Below are positions 28,509 to 39,800 of a stretch of 64,000 nt of DNA, one piece after another. This DNA comes from Paraspadella gotoi (Eukaryota; Animalia; Chaetognatha). A model generated the notes under the pieces. It was not told where the DNA came from and did no database searches. It was given only the letters and a program-made list of their open reading frames with translations. Made by a program: the position numbers and the translations under genes. The DNA lies in assembly GCA_051294375.1 (NCBI GenBank), contig JBJCIZ010000239.1, positions 3,051,476 to 3,115,475 of the forward strand, read 5' to 3'. The number at the start of each line of letters is the position of its first letter. The first letter of the stretch is position 1.

Positions 28509-29584
28509 CTAACGCTTCCTTAAATATTCCCTCGAGCGAATATCCGCTTGTCTAATGGGTTCAGGGACTCTGTACACGGAGCAGCGCTTCGTGACTTCGA
28601 TGGCCGTTCGCAAAGAAATTCGGTGACCGACGGAAACGTAGACCGGATTGGAGGCGTCGTCGGCGGTCCGGAGCGCCGCGCCGACGGGGACGCCGGAGTT
28701 GCCGACCAATTCGAAGGCGTCGCCCTTGCCTCTTAATTTGGCGCGGATTTTGTTCTTGTGCTCTGGACTTTTTTCGATTCCGTCAACGTGATAAAGTTTT
28801 TTTGCGACGCCGATCGTGGGGTTGTCGATGATGACGCCGAAATGACAGGCCGAACCTAGGAGAAAAGTTGAAGTGTAATAGTAATCTATAATGTTAATAA
28901 ACTTTTCGTTTTAATATCAGAGCGACTATTCCAATTTACTAACCGAAACCATGAGGATGCAAGACGCCGTTACCGTCCAGAAGAACAACGTCAGGCAAAA
29001 AGTCGGGACGTTTTTTCTTCAAATTCTGCCACAATTTGAACAGAGGTTCAACCTCTCGGAAAGCGAGGAATCCTTAATATAAGAAAACATTTAGTATTGA
29101 ATGGAATAGATTAGAATTGAGTACAAATGACGTAATTTACGTATGACAGTAGTAGTGAAGATATAGGATTAAACAAATATTTCTTGAACCTCATCTAACC
29201 GGGTATGTAAGGCACGTTGAGCTTGAAAGGCAAAAAGTCGGAGTAAACGTGATTGAGATCCGGAAAGTCACAAACGACGATCGAGGCGCAGGCGGAGACT
29301 CCGTCATCGGCGAAAGAAACGTCAACGCCTCCGACGAGACGCAATCGAGGCTCGCCGGGCGACGTTGAGGGGGACGAAAAGAAAGACTCTTGCCACGCCT
29401 CCGTGTCGCACGTGATCAATTTTAGTTTGAGGCGGATCTGCTCCGCTCGCCATCGTCTGAGTCGATTTTTTTCTACGAGTTCTTTCAACGATGAAATGGG
29501 TAGAAGGAGCAACCAAATGAGGAGCGCGAAAAGACGACGGTAAGAGATAATCAGGAGGTTCCAGGTCTTTGAAAACGTTATCAT
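28509..29584 (-). CDS. ENDOV: Endonuclease V (3 exons)
   Basis: DTEAWQ, VGGVDVSF, PYIPGFLAFREV, VLLDGNGVLHPHGFG, IGVAKKL, PVYVSVGHRISL, RVPEPIRQADIRSRE. Confidence 0.96.
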
Positions 29585-29867
29585 TTTCAATGTTCGATAA
29601 TAAAATCATGGTTCTAAACATATTGAGAAAATTTTTTGGGGTTTTTCTTGCAAGAAGGAATGTAAGAAATAAAAAATAAATTCGGAGGATTGTCGATAAT
29701 AAATGGCACGAAAATAATAATTAGAATACACCAGCGAAACATTGATTAATGATTATGAATGACTATGGTACACTTTAAAATTAAAAGTTTATATTCGGTT
29801 TATTTTAGTTCAATCAGTCCCCAATTGGCATTATGTAAGTCGGATCAAATTGATTTGACCCCAAGTA

Positions 29868-32318
29868 TTATAACACTAAACCTTCATAAGAAGGTTTTCC
29901 GTCTTCTTTTGATTCCGTCCTATTTCTGAGATATTCGATGGTGTTAGAAAAGTGTTTGTTAATATGATCCGTATCAGAACTGCTGTCCAAGTTAGGAATT
30001 TCTTCTCCAACCTTCTCAATCAACTGGTTGATCATAGAGACGGAAACCTCAGCGTTCCCTTTCTCGTAAAACAAAATGTAATGATTCAAGAGCTCGACGA
30101 ACAATTGAACTTGAACGGTCAAGTCCATGCATTGATTGGCGATCTTCAAACCTTTCTTCAAACAATCCACCACTCGTTTCCCGTCGCGCATCAAAGGTAA
30201 GTTCTCCTCTCCATTAGTTCCTTTCCTCTTTCCCGACCAAAACAGGTGCGAACAAGTGGCGACCCCGCGACACTGATCTGGCTTCTTCAGCAGCTTCGAA
30301 GCGGCGAGCGCGCATTGCGTGCGCAGAGGCTCGTGATTTTCTTCCGTGAAACACGCCATTTTTTCCAAAGTCCCGATGATCAAAGTAATCGCGGAAAGCT
30401 GCGCCTTGGAATCGCTGATTTCCTCTTCGTAGATCGAAAAGGCCTGGGACATGAACTCGTAGGCGACGGTCTCGTGATTTTCGAAAGATATCAGACTGCA
30501 CACGATCGCTCCTTGCAAAAACAGCCGGAGAGGTAACTCCGCCAATTCGGCTTTGATGAGAGCGCTGATGGTTTGATGACAAAACTGAAAAATCTTCGCC
30601 ACTTTCTTTTCCCATTTTTCATCTTCCTCCCGGAGCTGGCTGTATCTCAGAGCCAATCTGTACGCGGAAAAGACGATCGGCGGAAGAGTAAACTTGATTC
30701 TTTTGTTGCCCCCAGAGCCGAAATGCTTTCTGGCCGAGTTCAGAATAAGATACTGGACGTCCGGGGTGTTCGGATCCGCCGCCATCATGTGAACCAATCG
30801 ACCCATTAATCCTTGTTCCTCCGCAAAATCCTCCGAGTCAATTTCTCCTTCATTAGGCTGGTCACTTTGGTCTTGTACGAGAATAGAAACCAAAAAGAGT
30901 AAACCATCGACTTCCTCCTGAGTCGGAATCTTAGTTTCGTACTCCAAAACGTTGGAAACCACGTAAACGCTCATCGCCTTCCTGGCTTCGTAATCAAAGT
31001 AAGTGAATAAGCGGCTGTAGTGTTCCAAACCCAGAACGATCAATACGTTGTTGTACGCGTCGATGGGAATCTTCATGAGCCGCATCATTTCCTTGCAAAC
31101 CGGTGTTCCATGAGCAACGGTTTCGATTCCTAGTTTGCTGAATATTTCGTCAGTTGTATCCAGAACTTTATCGACGTAATCCGTTTTTTCCGGGTAACAC
31201 TGGAGCGCAAGGTTAATCAGCGAGACTTGAAGAGAAACCACGTCTTCCGTTGGCATGTCTTCCCTCGTCTGAATGACTTTGGCGACTTGGTCGGAGAAAA
31301 TGTCAAAGAGTTTGATTTCTGCCGGAATTCCAAAGCCGTCTTCTCGGGTCGCAAATTGCGCCAGCCTATCGATGAGCGCAATGATAATGTTCTTGACATT
31401 GACATCCTGATGAAGATCACCACACGCGTGGAGAAAGGTGTTTAGAGTTCGCAAATGGAACTCGTCGGGAAAAACTTGAATGATGCATTCCATCAGATAT
31501 TCTTGCGCGATGGGGTCGCGACAATTCACCACTTGTTCCAGCACGCAGGGTAGAACGTGTTTCTCGTACACGTCCGCATCGATGGACTCCAACTGCGTCA
31601 ATCGGACCAAATTCGTCCCGACTAAAAGACGCAATTCTCGCCTCTCTTGTTCGCGGCGATCTCGGTCCCTCGTATGCCCCTGATGCTGCATGCGGACCCA
31701 GAGTTTATTCATTTCGGAGAAATTGGTCAAAATAAACTCGATGGAATCTCTGACCGTTCCTGCGCCGCTTCCTTCTCCACTGGGATTATTTTGGAATTGC
31801 GGTTGATCCACGGGTCCGTTTCCGATCGGTTCGGTCGACGGGACATCGGGAAGCAAATTCCTTGTGCACTGGAGCAAGTAATTACGCAGAAACAATCCTC
31901 GAAGCGGATGCTGCACGCCGCGACACATCTCCACCAGGTCGCGCAATATATCCTTGCGAGACATTTCTTGGCATTTAATGTAAACAACTCCCACTGTGAC
32001 TAGAAGGTATAAACGGGGAACGATGTTGCCAGCATACTGGACGAGCTCATAGAGGTCGGCGACTTTTCTTCCCTTTTGAAATTCTTCCACCAGAAACAGT
32101 TCCAGATGACGCAACTCGTCCGAAATGGCCATGTAAAGTTCGAAGTAACGCTTCGGCGACAAGAGCGACGTTCTTAACTCCGCCAGCATGGAGGAGGCGT
32201 GTTTCAGTCCATCCATCAGTTTGCCTTTGTCGAGGCATCTTTTCATTTGAAAAGATTGCATCTTGACATTGTTTTTAGCTTCTTCTAGAAGCTTGTCTTG
32301 TTCATCCAATTTATCCAT
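29868..32318 (-). CDS. VPS35: Retromer subunit VPS35, intronless (816 aa)
   Basis: Uninterrupted ORF with [48 protein letters not shown] and [12 protein letters not shown]. Confidence 0.99.
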   Translation of the reverse strand: MDKLDEQDKLLEEAKNNVKMQSFQMKRCLDKGKLMDGLKHASSMLAELRTSLLSPKRYFELYMAISDELRHLELFLVEEFQKGRKVADLYELVQYAGNIVPRLYLLVTVGVVYIKCQEMSRKDILRDLVEMCRGVQHPLRGLFLRNYLLQCTRNLLPDVPSTEPIGNGPVDQPQFQNNPSGEGSGAGTVRDSIEFILTNFSEMNKLWVRMQHQGHTRDRDRREQERRELRLLVGTNLVRLTQLESIDADVYEKHVLPCVLEQVVNCRDPIAQEYLMECIIQVFPDEFHLRTLNTFLHACGDLHQDVNVKNIIIALIDRLAQFATREDGFGIPAEIKLFDIFSDQVAKVIQTREDMPTEDVVSLQVSLINLALQCYPEKTDYVDKVLDTTDEIFSKLGIETVAHGTPVCKEMMRLMKIPIDAYNNVLIVLGLEHYSRLFTYFDYEARKAMSVYVVSNVLEYETKIPTQEEVDGLLFLVSILVQDQSDQPNEGEIDSEDFAEEQGLMGRLVHMMAADPNTPDVQYLILNSARKHFGSGGNKRIKFTLPPIVFSAYRLALRYSQLREEDEKWEKKVAKIFQFCHQTISALIKAELAELPLRLFLQGAIVCSLISFENHETVAYEFMSQAFSIYEEEISDSKAQLSAITLIIGTLEKMACFTEENHEPLRTQCALAASKLLKKPDQCRGVATCSHLFWSGKRKGTNGEENLPLMRDGKRVVDCLKKGLKIANQCMDLTVQVQLFVELLNHYILFYEKGNAEVSVSMINQLIEKVGEEIPNLDSSSDTDHINKHFSNTIEYLRNRTESKEDGKPSYEGLVL

Positions 32319-32668
32319 ATTTTCACGGTTAATAAGAAACTAAAAGGTTTATAACCGAACTATTTGTTTCCTGAAGGGAAAAACGTAAGTTTTATTTAAT
32401 TACAATATATATATCAATAAGAAATGAGAATAGTTTTTTAGTCAAGCTTTTATTTAATTTTGCTTATACGACCCTTAAGTTGTATTAAACGAAAAAAATT
32501 GAAACTAAATTAGCAAATGCTAAGAAACTATGTTTTCAAAACGTACACAACGTAAACAACGTACTATCCAATCAACTAAAATACTAATCAAACTCCAGAG
32601 GGCCCGGTGGGACGGGAAGAACACTGGGTATAAAAGCAGAAAACGGGAGACGCCGCTTGTCGTTTACT

Positions 32669-33304
32669 TTACTTAGTTTTTCTCTTTACAGGCGCGCAGT
32701 CGTATTTGCCCCTCATGACGCGCAGCTTGACACCGAACAAATCCGGCGTCCGGTGTTTCTGCACGAGGACCGTACTGTGCTCCTGAAGGTTGTGTCCTTC
32801 GCCAGGGACGTAGACCACTGTTTCTTTCCCGTTGGACAAACGAACGAGAACGCATTTTCGATTCGCCGAATTGGGTTTTTTCGGTTTACGGATCAATGTT
32901 TTCAATACGACGCCCTTGAGGTGGGGCGCTCGACCGATGGGAGTCAGTTTGACGGGTCTTCTCTTCCTCGGCGGCAAACGATGGATGCGTTCGAGGTCGT
33001 CGTAGTCTTTGCGGTCCACGAGTTGAAAAGAATCCCTGACGGTGAGAGTCGCGCAGCCGCGAGTCAGCGACGCGGGCGGAATAATACAGAGGGTTTGGGG
33101 ATACGGGAGAGGCGTTTTCGAAACCCCGGCCAACGCGAGAAGGCCTGAGATGGAAGGAAATGACGAGTGGCTACGAAGGAATCCGGAAGCGATGGCGAAA
33201 AGATTCCGATTATTATCAACGTTCTGATGGAGATGAAGTCGTCGAATCGTGTTGTGGAATGGTTCATTAAACGCGTAACCTAGAAGCCGATTCAGACGAT
33301 TCAT
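32669..33304 (-). CDS. MRPS12: Mitochondrial ribosomal protein S12, intronless
   Basis: Long presequence followed by [35 protein letters not shown]...[11 protein letters not shown]...RGKYDC. Confidence 0.95.
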   Translation of the reverse strand: MNRLNRLLGYAFNEPFHNTIRRLHLHQNVDNNRNLFAIASGFLRSHSSFPSISGLLALAGVSKTPLPYPQTLCIIPPASLTRGCATLTVRDSFQLVDRKDYDDLERIHRLPPRKRRPVKLTPIGRAPHLKGVVLKTLIRKPKKPNSANRKCVLVRLSNGKETVVYVPGEGHNLQEHSTVLVQKHRTPDLFGVKLRVMRGKYDCAPVKRKTK

Positions 33305-33360
33305 GGTCGCCTGTCTTTCTTTGTCCGGCTGAAATTAATAGTCAAACTCGTAAGAATCGG

Positions 33361-33730
33361 CAAGTCCAAAGTCAGGGGTAAAATAACTCATTTATTAAAT
33401 GAATAGATAATTTTGACATTGGTTGTACCAATATTATAAAATATAGCTCCTTTTATATTGATACTAGTGCGGAGTACAATATAGTATTACCCGATTTAGC
33501 GGTACTTTTATACAATTGAAACATTGATAGGGAAGCATATTTTTTTTTAGGGAAGCCGATGTAGTAAACTAGACTAAAAATCTGATTGAAAGCTTGCAGG
33601 GTCCTGCTATTTTATCATTTTGTAAGATGGATGGAGGGCTTCACCCACCATCACCATTCCAAAGTCAGGGACAAGATTCATCATTTATTAAATGATGGAT
33701 TATTATAATATTAGTTGTACCAATTTTATA
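33361..33730 (-). mobile_element. Diverged ~1.3-mer copy of the ~320-bp repeat family
   Basis: Two copies of CCAAAGTCAGGG...TTATTAAATGA...GTTGTACCAAT flank the shared internal segment. Confidence 0.75.
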
Positions 33731-34541
33731 GTTACACACAGGGGACTATTTTCTTCGTAAATTTAACAAAAATTGTGGCATATAACGAAAAACGTTAACG
33801 TTTTAAACGGGATTAACACAAGATTTTTATATTAATCACAACTCTATTGTTAAAACATAGGTTTCATTCTAAAAATGAAAATAAAAGGGAAAAAATATGA
33901 TGAAAGTTTTTCCGGGCGTCTGCTTCGAGAATCTTTTGTTTTTTTTCTATGTTGATAAAAATCAGCGGACAAATTTGAAGGGAATCGTCGCGGATTAATA
34001 TTTTGCACAAATACTCAGTAGACAACGTTACTTAAACCAGAATATTACGTATTTTACCGTTTTTTTTCTCGGACTTCTAATGAAAAAGGAATAGCAGTTT
34101 GAAATGTCTAATTTGGTTATAGAAACTACGGCAGAAGCATTCGGCAAAACTATTCGAGTTGGCATGTGCTATAATTGATTCGAAGAAAGTCAATTTTATG
34201 TTTTCTTTTCTTTATAGCTTGATAATTTCATTAATTTCATTTTTTTTCTGTAACTAAATGAAGCATGTATGTACATAATTACGCGACACTTTTTTTGTAT
34301 ATATTTAGATATAAAATCAATGAAGCATTAAAGCTTGATGAGCTTTGATCAATTGGAATATACGCAATTTAAAAACAGAAGTAATTAAACGTATTATCTT
34401 AGTCCTATAAATTCACATAATAATCTGAAAGTATTTTTCACGTAAAAGATATACATCGAAAGTATTTATAATGGATATTGATTCACGCACCACATCCATA
34501 GAACGTAACTGTCGTTGGGAAGATTAGACGCGACGTGTTTT

Positions 34542-37500
34542 TCAAACAGAAGTCGTCGTATTTCCCCTTTTTCTCTCGTCGTTCGACGCTTGTTTTTTCT
34601 TCTTATCCACTGCGGAATAAACAATATCAACTCCCGGCGCTTTCGTTTCCGGCCTCACATTGGCCGAGGGCGACTTTTTCGGCGCCACTGTGGTCCTACC
34701 GACGTCGTCGACCGCATCGTCAGGAAAGACGACGTCTTCGTACTCGAGACCGAGGAAGGACGATTTCGATTCTGCGCCAGGCGGTTGCGTTGAAATAGCC
34801 GCTGCATCATCGTCCTGCTCGTGACGCTGACGGGACGCCAAGGCCGACGCCAACTCGTTTTTGAATGGTGACGATGGCGCAGGAGTTAGATCGGCGCCGG
34901 ATGGGTCCCACGAGAGACCTTCGTCTACTGCCAGTACTGGCTTCTGTGAACGAAAGGCAAACTATTGTCGTGTTCACACTAAAATTAATAACAATTACAC
35001 AATAGTAAAACCACCATATACGTTATATACCATATACATACCCGTTGTCGCTCTTCGTTTCGATTGTCGTTGTCGTCATCGTAGGCTTCGTCCTTGTCGT
35101 CGTCGTTGTCTCGGCGTCGGCGCTTTTCTGATTCTTTTGGAACGTCACGTCTTTTTGGGCGACGTTTCTCTTTTTCGCGCTGTTGTCCTGACTGTTTTTT
35201 GGAGACAGATGGACTCGATCTATCAAAAAAAAAAAAAAAAAAAAGGTTACCGAGCCGATTTAATTACTTATTTTTCATTAAATATACATTTATGACACAT
35301 TCTTACTTTTTCAGAATCCCAGGTTTTTCGTTGACTTTTTTTTCTAACTCGTCGTCATCGTCGTCTTCGTCGTCATCGTCAGCGACGTATTTCGCCTGGT
35401 AATCGCTAATCGACGAATGATTTGAAACGTGGTCGCTATTGTTTTTTTGTTTTTTTTTTGTTTGTTAGTTTTGGTCATGTTTTGTTAATAGGGAAAACGA
35501 AAAGCAAAACAAAGTAATACATTTTAAAAGTGCATGTGTAGAAAAGAAAGAAAAGAAATTTCAGCTCGGTTTTGGTAAATATTTAAAATAATCTCGCATG
35601 AAATGATGCAGGGCAATTTTATGTATAAATCATTCGAATTTGTTTACTACTAAAGTAATCATTTTTGAAAATGAGATCGAGTCTGTACAAATACCATTTC
35701 CGTGGTGATCGTTATTCATTAGTCAAGATTATTCCCGATCCAGTGATTTTTGAAAGCGTTGATTTGTTTTCTTTTTGGTTGGAAATGTTAAAACGAAAGA
35801 AAAATGAGACATTTGATCCAAAAATAGCGCCACTTTTGGGGAAATGAAATTAGCGCTTCTACTTCATCTCTACGCCCCGATTATCGGCGCCCTTTTTTGA
35901 GCGTTCTTCCCGCGGTTCTACTGACCCGCCGCGAGCGTCGTAACGGCGCTTGTTCCGTCGGTAGCAGACGATAAAAACGACGATGATGACGAGAATGACG
36001 ACAACGATGACAACGATGATGATGATTAGAGTAGTTGACGCTGTATTGAAAGATTAAAGTGCGTGTAAATGAAAAAAAAAATCGAAACAAAACAAAACTT
36101 AGCAATTATTAATAACAGTACCTAAGGCTTCAACAGAACCCTTATCGTTGACAATAATTTTGATGGAGCAAGCTTGCGGTTCTCCACTTTGGAAGTCAAT
36201 CGACGTGTCAGTGTGGTCCAAACTGGAAGAATTCAGATTCAGAGTTTTTTTAGTAATATTATTAAAAAATAAAGTCAAACATTTTTTAAAAAAAGTTTTA
36301 GTATTTAAACAATTCGTTTCCCAAAGCTAAAAAGAGAAAGGCAAAGAAAAAGAGAAAGAAAAAAAAACATAATAGCAAATAAAAATTATTTTTTTAACAG
36401 CTCAAATATCAAAAGGCCACGATAAAAAAAAAACCACGATGAGATAATAACGACGAAATAAAAAAAAAAAAAAGAAAAAAAGAAGTGTTCTTGTTTGAGC
36501 AATTAAGATCGTTCAGATTTAAATTATTTTTGTTTCCACCTGCACGTAAAGGAAATGTCCTTCAAGGTGTTGTTGCGTAGGAACTTGGTCTCGATGTCTC
36601 GAGAGAACGAGGCCGTCGAAATGTCATCCCGCGAGTCCGTCCGAGCGTCCTTGATGACGACGCCATCGCTGTCGCTCCACCCGAGTTTGATACGTTTTGC
36701 GGCGTCGGTGGTCGTCGCTTTGGGCAGAGAGCAGGAGAACTCTAGGTTGCCCAGGAGATCTCGAGAGTCGCGGGCGAGATTGAGGTAGTCGCCTGGAAGG
36801 AGGGGGGGGGAAAAAGAATTAAAATACTGATAATTTTACTTATTTGATAATATTAATTAAGCAAGGACCATTAACGAGTTCCTCCAGTGTATCAACGAAT
36901 TGAGATGAATAATGTTTCGTATGACGACAGTAAAATGCTCTTGAATTTGCACATTTATAAAAATACGTTTAGGTCGAGAATTGACTTCACAGTTTGGGTG
37001 TTTGTGACACACAAATTGTGTGCATGTGAATTCCATCTTATTGCCTCACCATTTATTAATTGTCCGAAAACAAACCCAATTTCCCAACCTGACCTTTCTC
37101 TTTGCCATCCAATTCCAATTTGCACTCGATTTTCGGGGAAAATACGTTGACGATTATCACGGAACGCTCGGTGCGTTCCTCGTCCCAGGAACAGGCGTAG
37201 CGTCCCTGATTAAGAAATAATTGTACTTAGATAAAATCTGCCTTATTAATGTATATTTTGTATATGTATATTTGTATATGTATATGTTTTATTTACTCCT
37301 AACCTGATTTGAGGCTTCGAGATCGAACTTGGCCGAGTAGGTCCTCAGTTCTGGGGGTTCTAACTCCGAGGTAAGGTCGAGGTTATTTTTGAAAAGGTAA
37401 GGTTTGAGGTGAGGGTTTGGATGGTCGCACTTTAAGCGAAGATCTCCGATAACGTTCAGCTGCATAATAAGATTAAAACTGATTTCGTTTTGTGATTGTT

Positions 37501-39569
37501 GTAGAAATATCTTGAATCTAGATATTTTACGAACCGATACATCACAGCGAAATAGATTTGAATAGATAAATATTGTATATTGGTTGTACCAATTTCATAT
37601 ATTTACAACGGTTTGAAATTCACGGGTTGACTTTAAAATCATTGTACTCTTGCTAATTGTTTATGTGAAATTGGTTCAACCAATATAAAAATTATCCATT
37701 CATTTAATAAATGAGCTATCTTGTCCCTGACTTTGGACAGGCTTTGGTGGTTTAAGGCCTCCATCATGTACGAGATATGTAACATCGGTCAGCGTCCCAC
37801 CGTTTCTTCGACGGGCCCATCCGGCAAATGTTCCACCATGAGTTGAACCCCCAACTGTTCGTTGAGATTTTTTTCCGTCATCGTCACCGTGACAGACTCT
37901 CCTTCGCTCTTTTGTCGGAAGAAGACTTTGTCCGAACCTTCGACGAGGCAATCGGGCTCGATATTCGAAAATCCTTTCCCTGAGTTGATTTGGACGAAAA
38001 AGATTCATTATGAAGGAATTCATTTGTGATTTTAGATTTGCGGATTTGAGGGGACAGATATTTAATAAGGATATGTATATATAATATATATTGTAACCTT
38101 CATTAAATTTTTTTGCTAATGAGTTATCTTGCTTTCTGATAGTCGACAGGCACAAGCAAGACCAGTGGAAATGTAAATGTAAATCGCCGGGAAAAATATA
38201 ATTTTGAACGTGTGTGATGCCTGGGGTGTGAGGCATCTCGCGACAGCTGGCGCTCAGGGCTTTGGACCTGTAGTGACCACCCAATGTCTTTGGCGTGTTT
38301 ATGCCGACACCACCACACTTTAACCAGCGTGACCGTGAGGGGATTGAACCCGCAACTCACAGTTGGTGAATGAATACCTCGCTGTCCAAGCAAATGGGAC
38401 GAGCTGAGTTTCACCAAGCTATACGGAAGGCAAATTTAGGATTCGCCACAATAATATGATATGAAAAAAAATATATTTTTTTTACATTGCAAATAGTAGA
38501 AATAGGTATCTCATTCTTAAGTTTACTGCCAGTTATTTAAGAAGAGGATAAAAATAAAAATGATAAAAAGAATAAAGATATTATTAAAATTTCCATTAAA
38601 CCCTTTAAAAAGAAATAGTCATGCTAATTAATAATTATACTCCTTAACGTGATTGCGATGACGCTGGAAAAAAAAACCCCACTTGCTTTCAATCGAGACT
38701 AACATAGTTTATTAAATTTTAAATATTGATTTATTAACTCATTAAATAATTAAAATTAAAAGATGATAAACCTTCGACGGTGAAACATTCTTTGACGTCG
38801 TTTTTCTTGGAATTCTCGGCGAAGCTGAGCTCGATCCAAACGTCGTCTCGAAACGCGATGCGCTTGACCGGATACTGGCAAAATCTCTGCTTGCTCGGAC
38901 CAAGCAGATCGTCTTTGCTGCGGTACAAGAGACTGGAGGAGAGGAGGGGGGGAGGTGGGGAAGCTTATATATAAATAGGTGAATCGATTTAGAGAGAGAG
39001 AGAGAGAGTGACTAACTCCAGGTAAAAGGCTTCAAAATATTCTTTCTCTTTGTCGTTTTTTGTGCAGACGTCGACGTGTTTGTCGACGACTTGAGTTTGA
39101 TATCCGGCGATCGATTCGACGCTCCAAGTCCGAATCGGCGAAACCTGACAGGCGAGTTAATGATGATTAATTTTTGACAATTTTATTGCCATTTGTGAGG
39201 CATAAAATTTGGTTATTTGAATAATTAATTAAGTAATCAATTAGACTAATAATTAACTAAAAAAAAAAGATTTATAAATAATTAATTCGAAAAATGTTGA
39301 ATTAAAAGAACTAAAAAATAATAAAATAATTGATCAGACGATATTCAAGTTATTTAAAAATTAACTATATATAAATAAATATATAATTAACTTAATATAA
39401 AAATAAAAATAATTAAATAAATAATAACCTTCCGTGATTCGGCGATCGAGTTGAGAGGAAGAAGTAAAACTAAGATGAGAAAATGCGACAAAAATATAAA
39501 CGACGACGACGACGACAAATCCCTAGGCGTCCGACGATCGTCTTGGATGGACGGAGTAGGTGGCGCCAT
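34542..39569 (-). CDS. Type I membrane Ig-superfamily protein (signal peptide, possible CUB-like domain, 2 Ig-like domains, TM, tyrosine-motif tail)
   Basis: Signal FIFLSHFLILVLLLPLNSIAES; LRLKC...NQGRYACSW; FSCSL...LGW...FTCSL; TM LIIIIVVIVVVILVIIVVFIVC-YRRNKRR (~35940-36040); tail LEYEDV, IVYSAV, ending TTSV. At least 10 exons; cytoplasmic exon joins are uncertain. Confidence 0.75.
37560..37778. mobile_element. Two divergently oriented fragments of the ~320-bp repeat family
   Basis: Minus end fragment 37560-37600 (TATTGGTTGTACCAATTTCATA) and plus copy 37665-37778. Confidence 0.8.
38207..38428 (-). mobile_element. tRNA-derived SINE-like element
   Basis: Minus strand has A-box-like TAGCTTGGTG and B-box GGTTCAATCCC, then a ~120-bp body that recurs at 57543-57660. 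Confidence 0.6.
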
Positions 39570-39800
39570 GGTCGAGGAAAGTTTTTTAAAAATTTACGAT
39601 TATGTTCAGATTTTTTGTCAATATTTCACAGATAAATTACGTAGAGTCACATTCACAATCGGTAGTTTAAGAGTTGCCGCCCTTAAAAAAAATGCATTTT
39701 CAAAAAATAGTATGTAATATGGTTTATAGCAATAATTATCATTATGATTCATAGTTTTATATGATCTCATCGACGTCTCCTCTTCCTTTTTTCATCTTCT

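Noticed and set aside
29952-33227. Plus-strand ORFs overlapping VPS35 and MRPS12 (similar ones overlap other genes)
   Set aside because: Antisense shadows of GC-rich coding sequence with no domain similarity.
32669-33304. Bacterial rpsL, contamination or HGT
   Set aside because: It has a long mitochondrial presequence and MRPS12-type residues, and sits among intron-containing animal genes.
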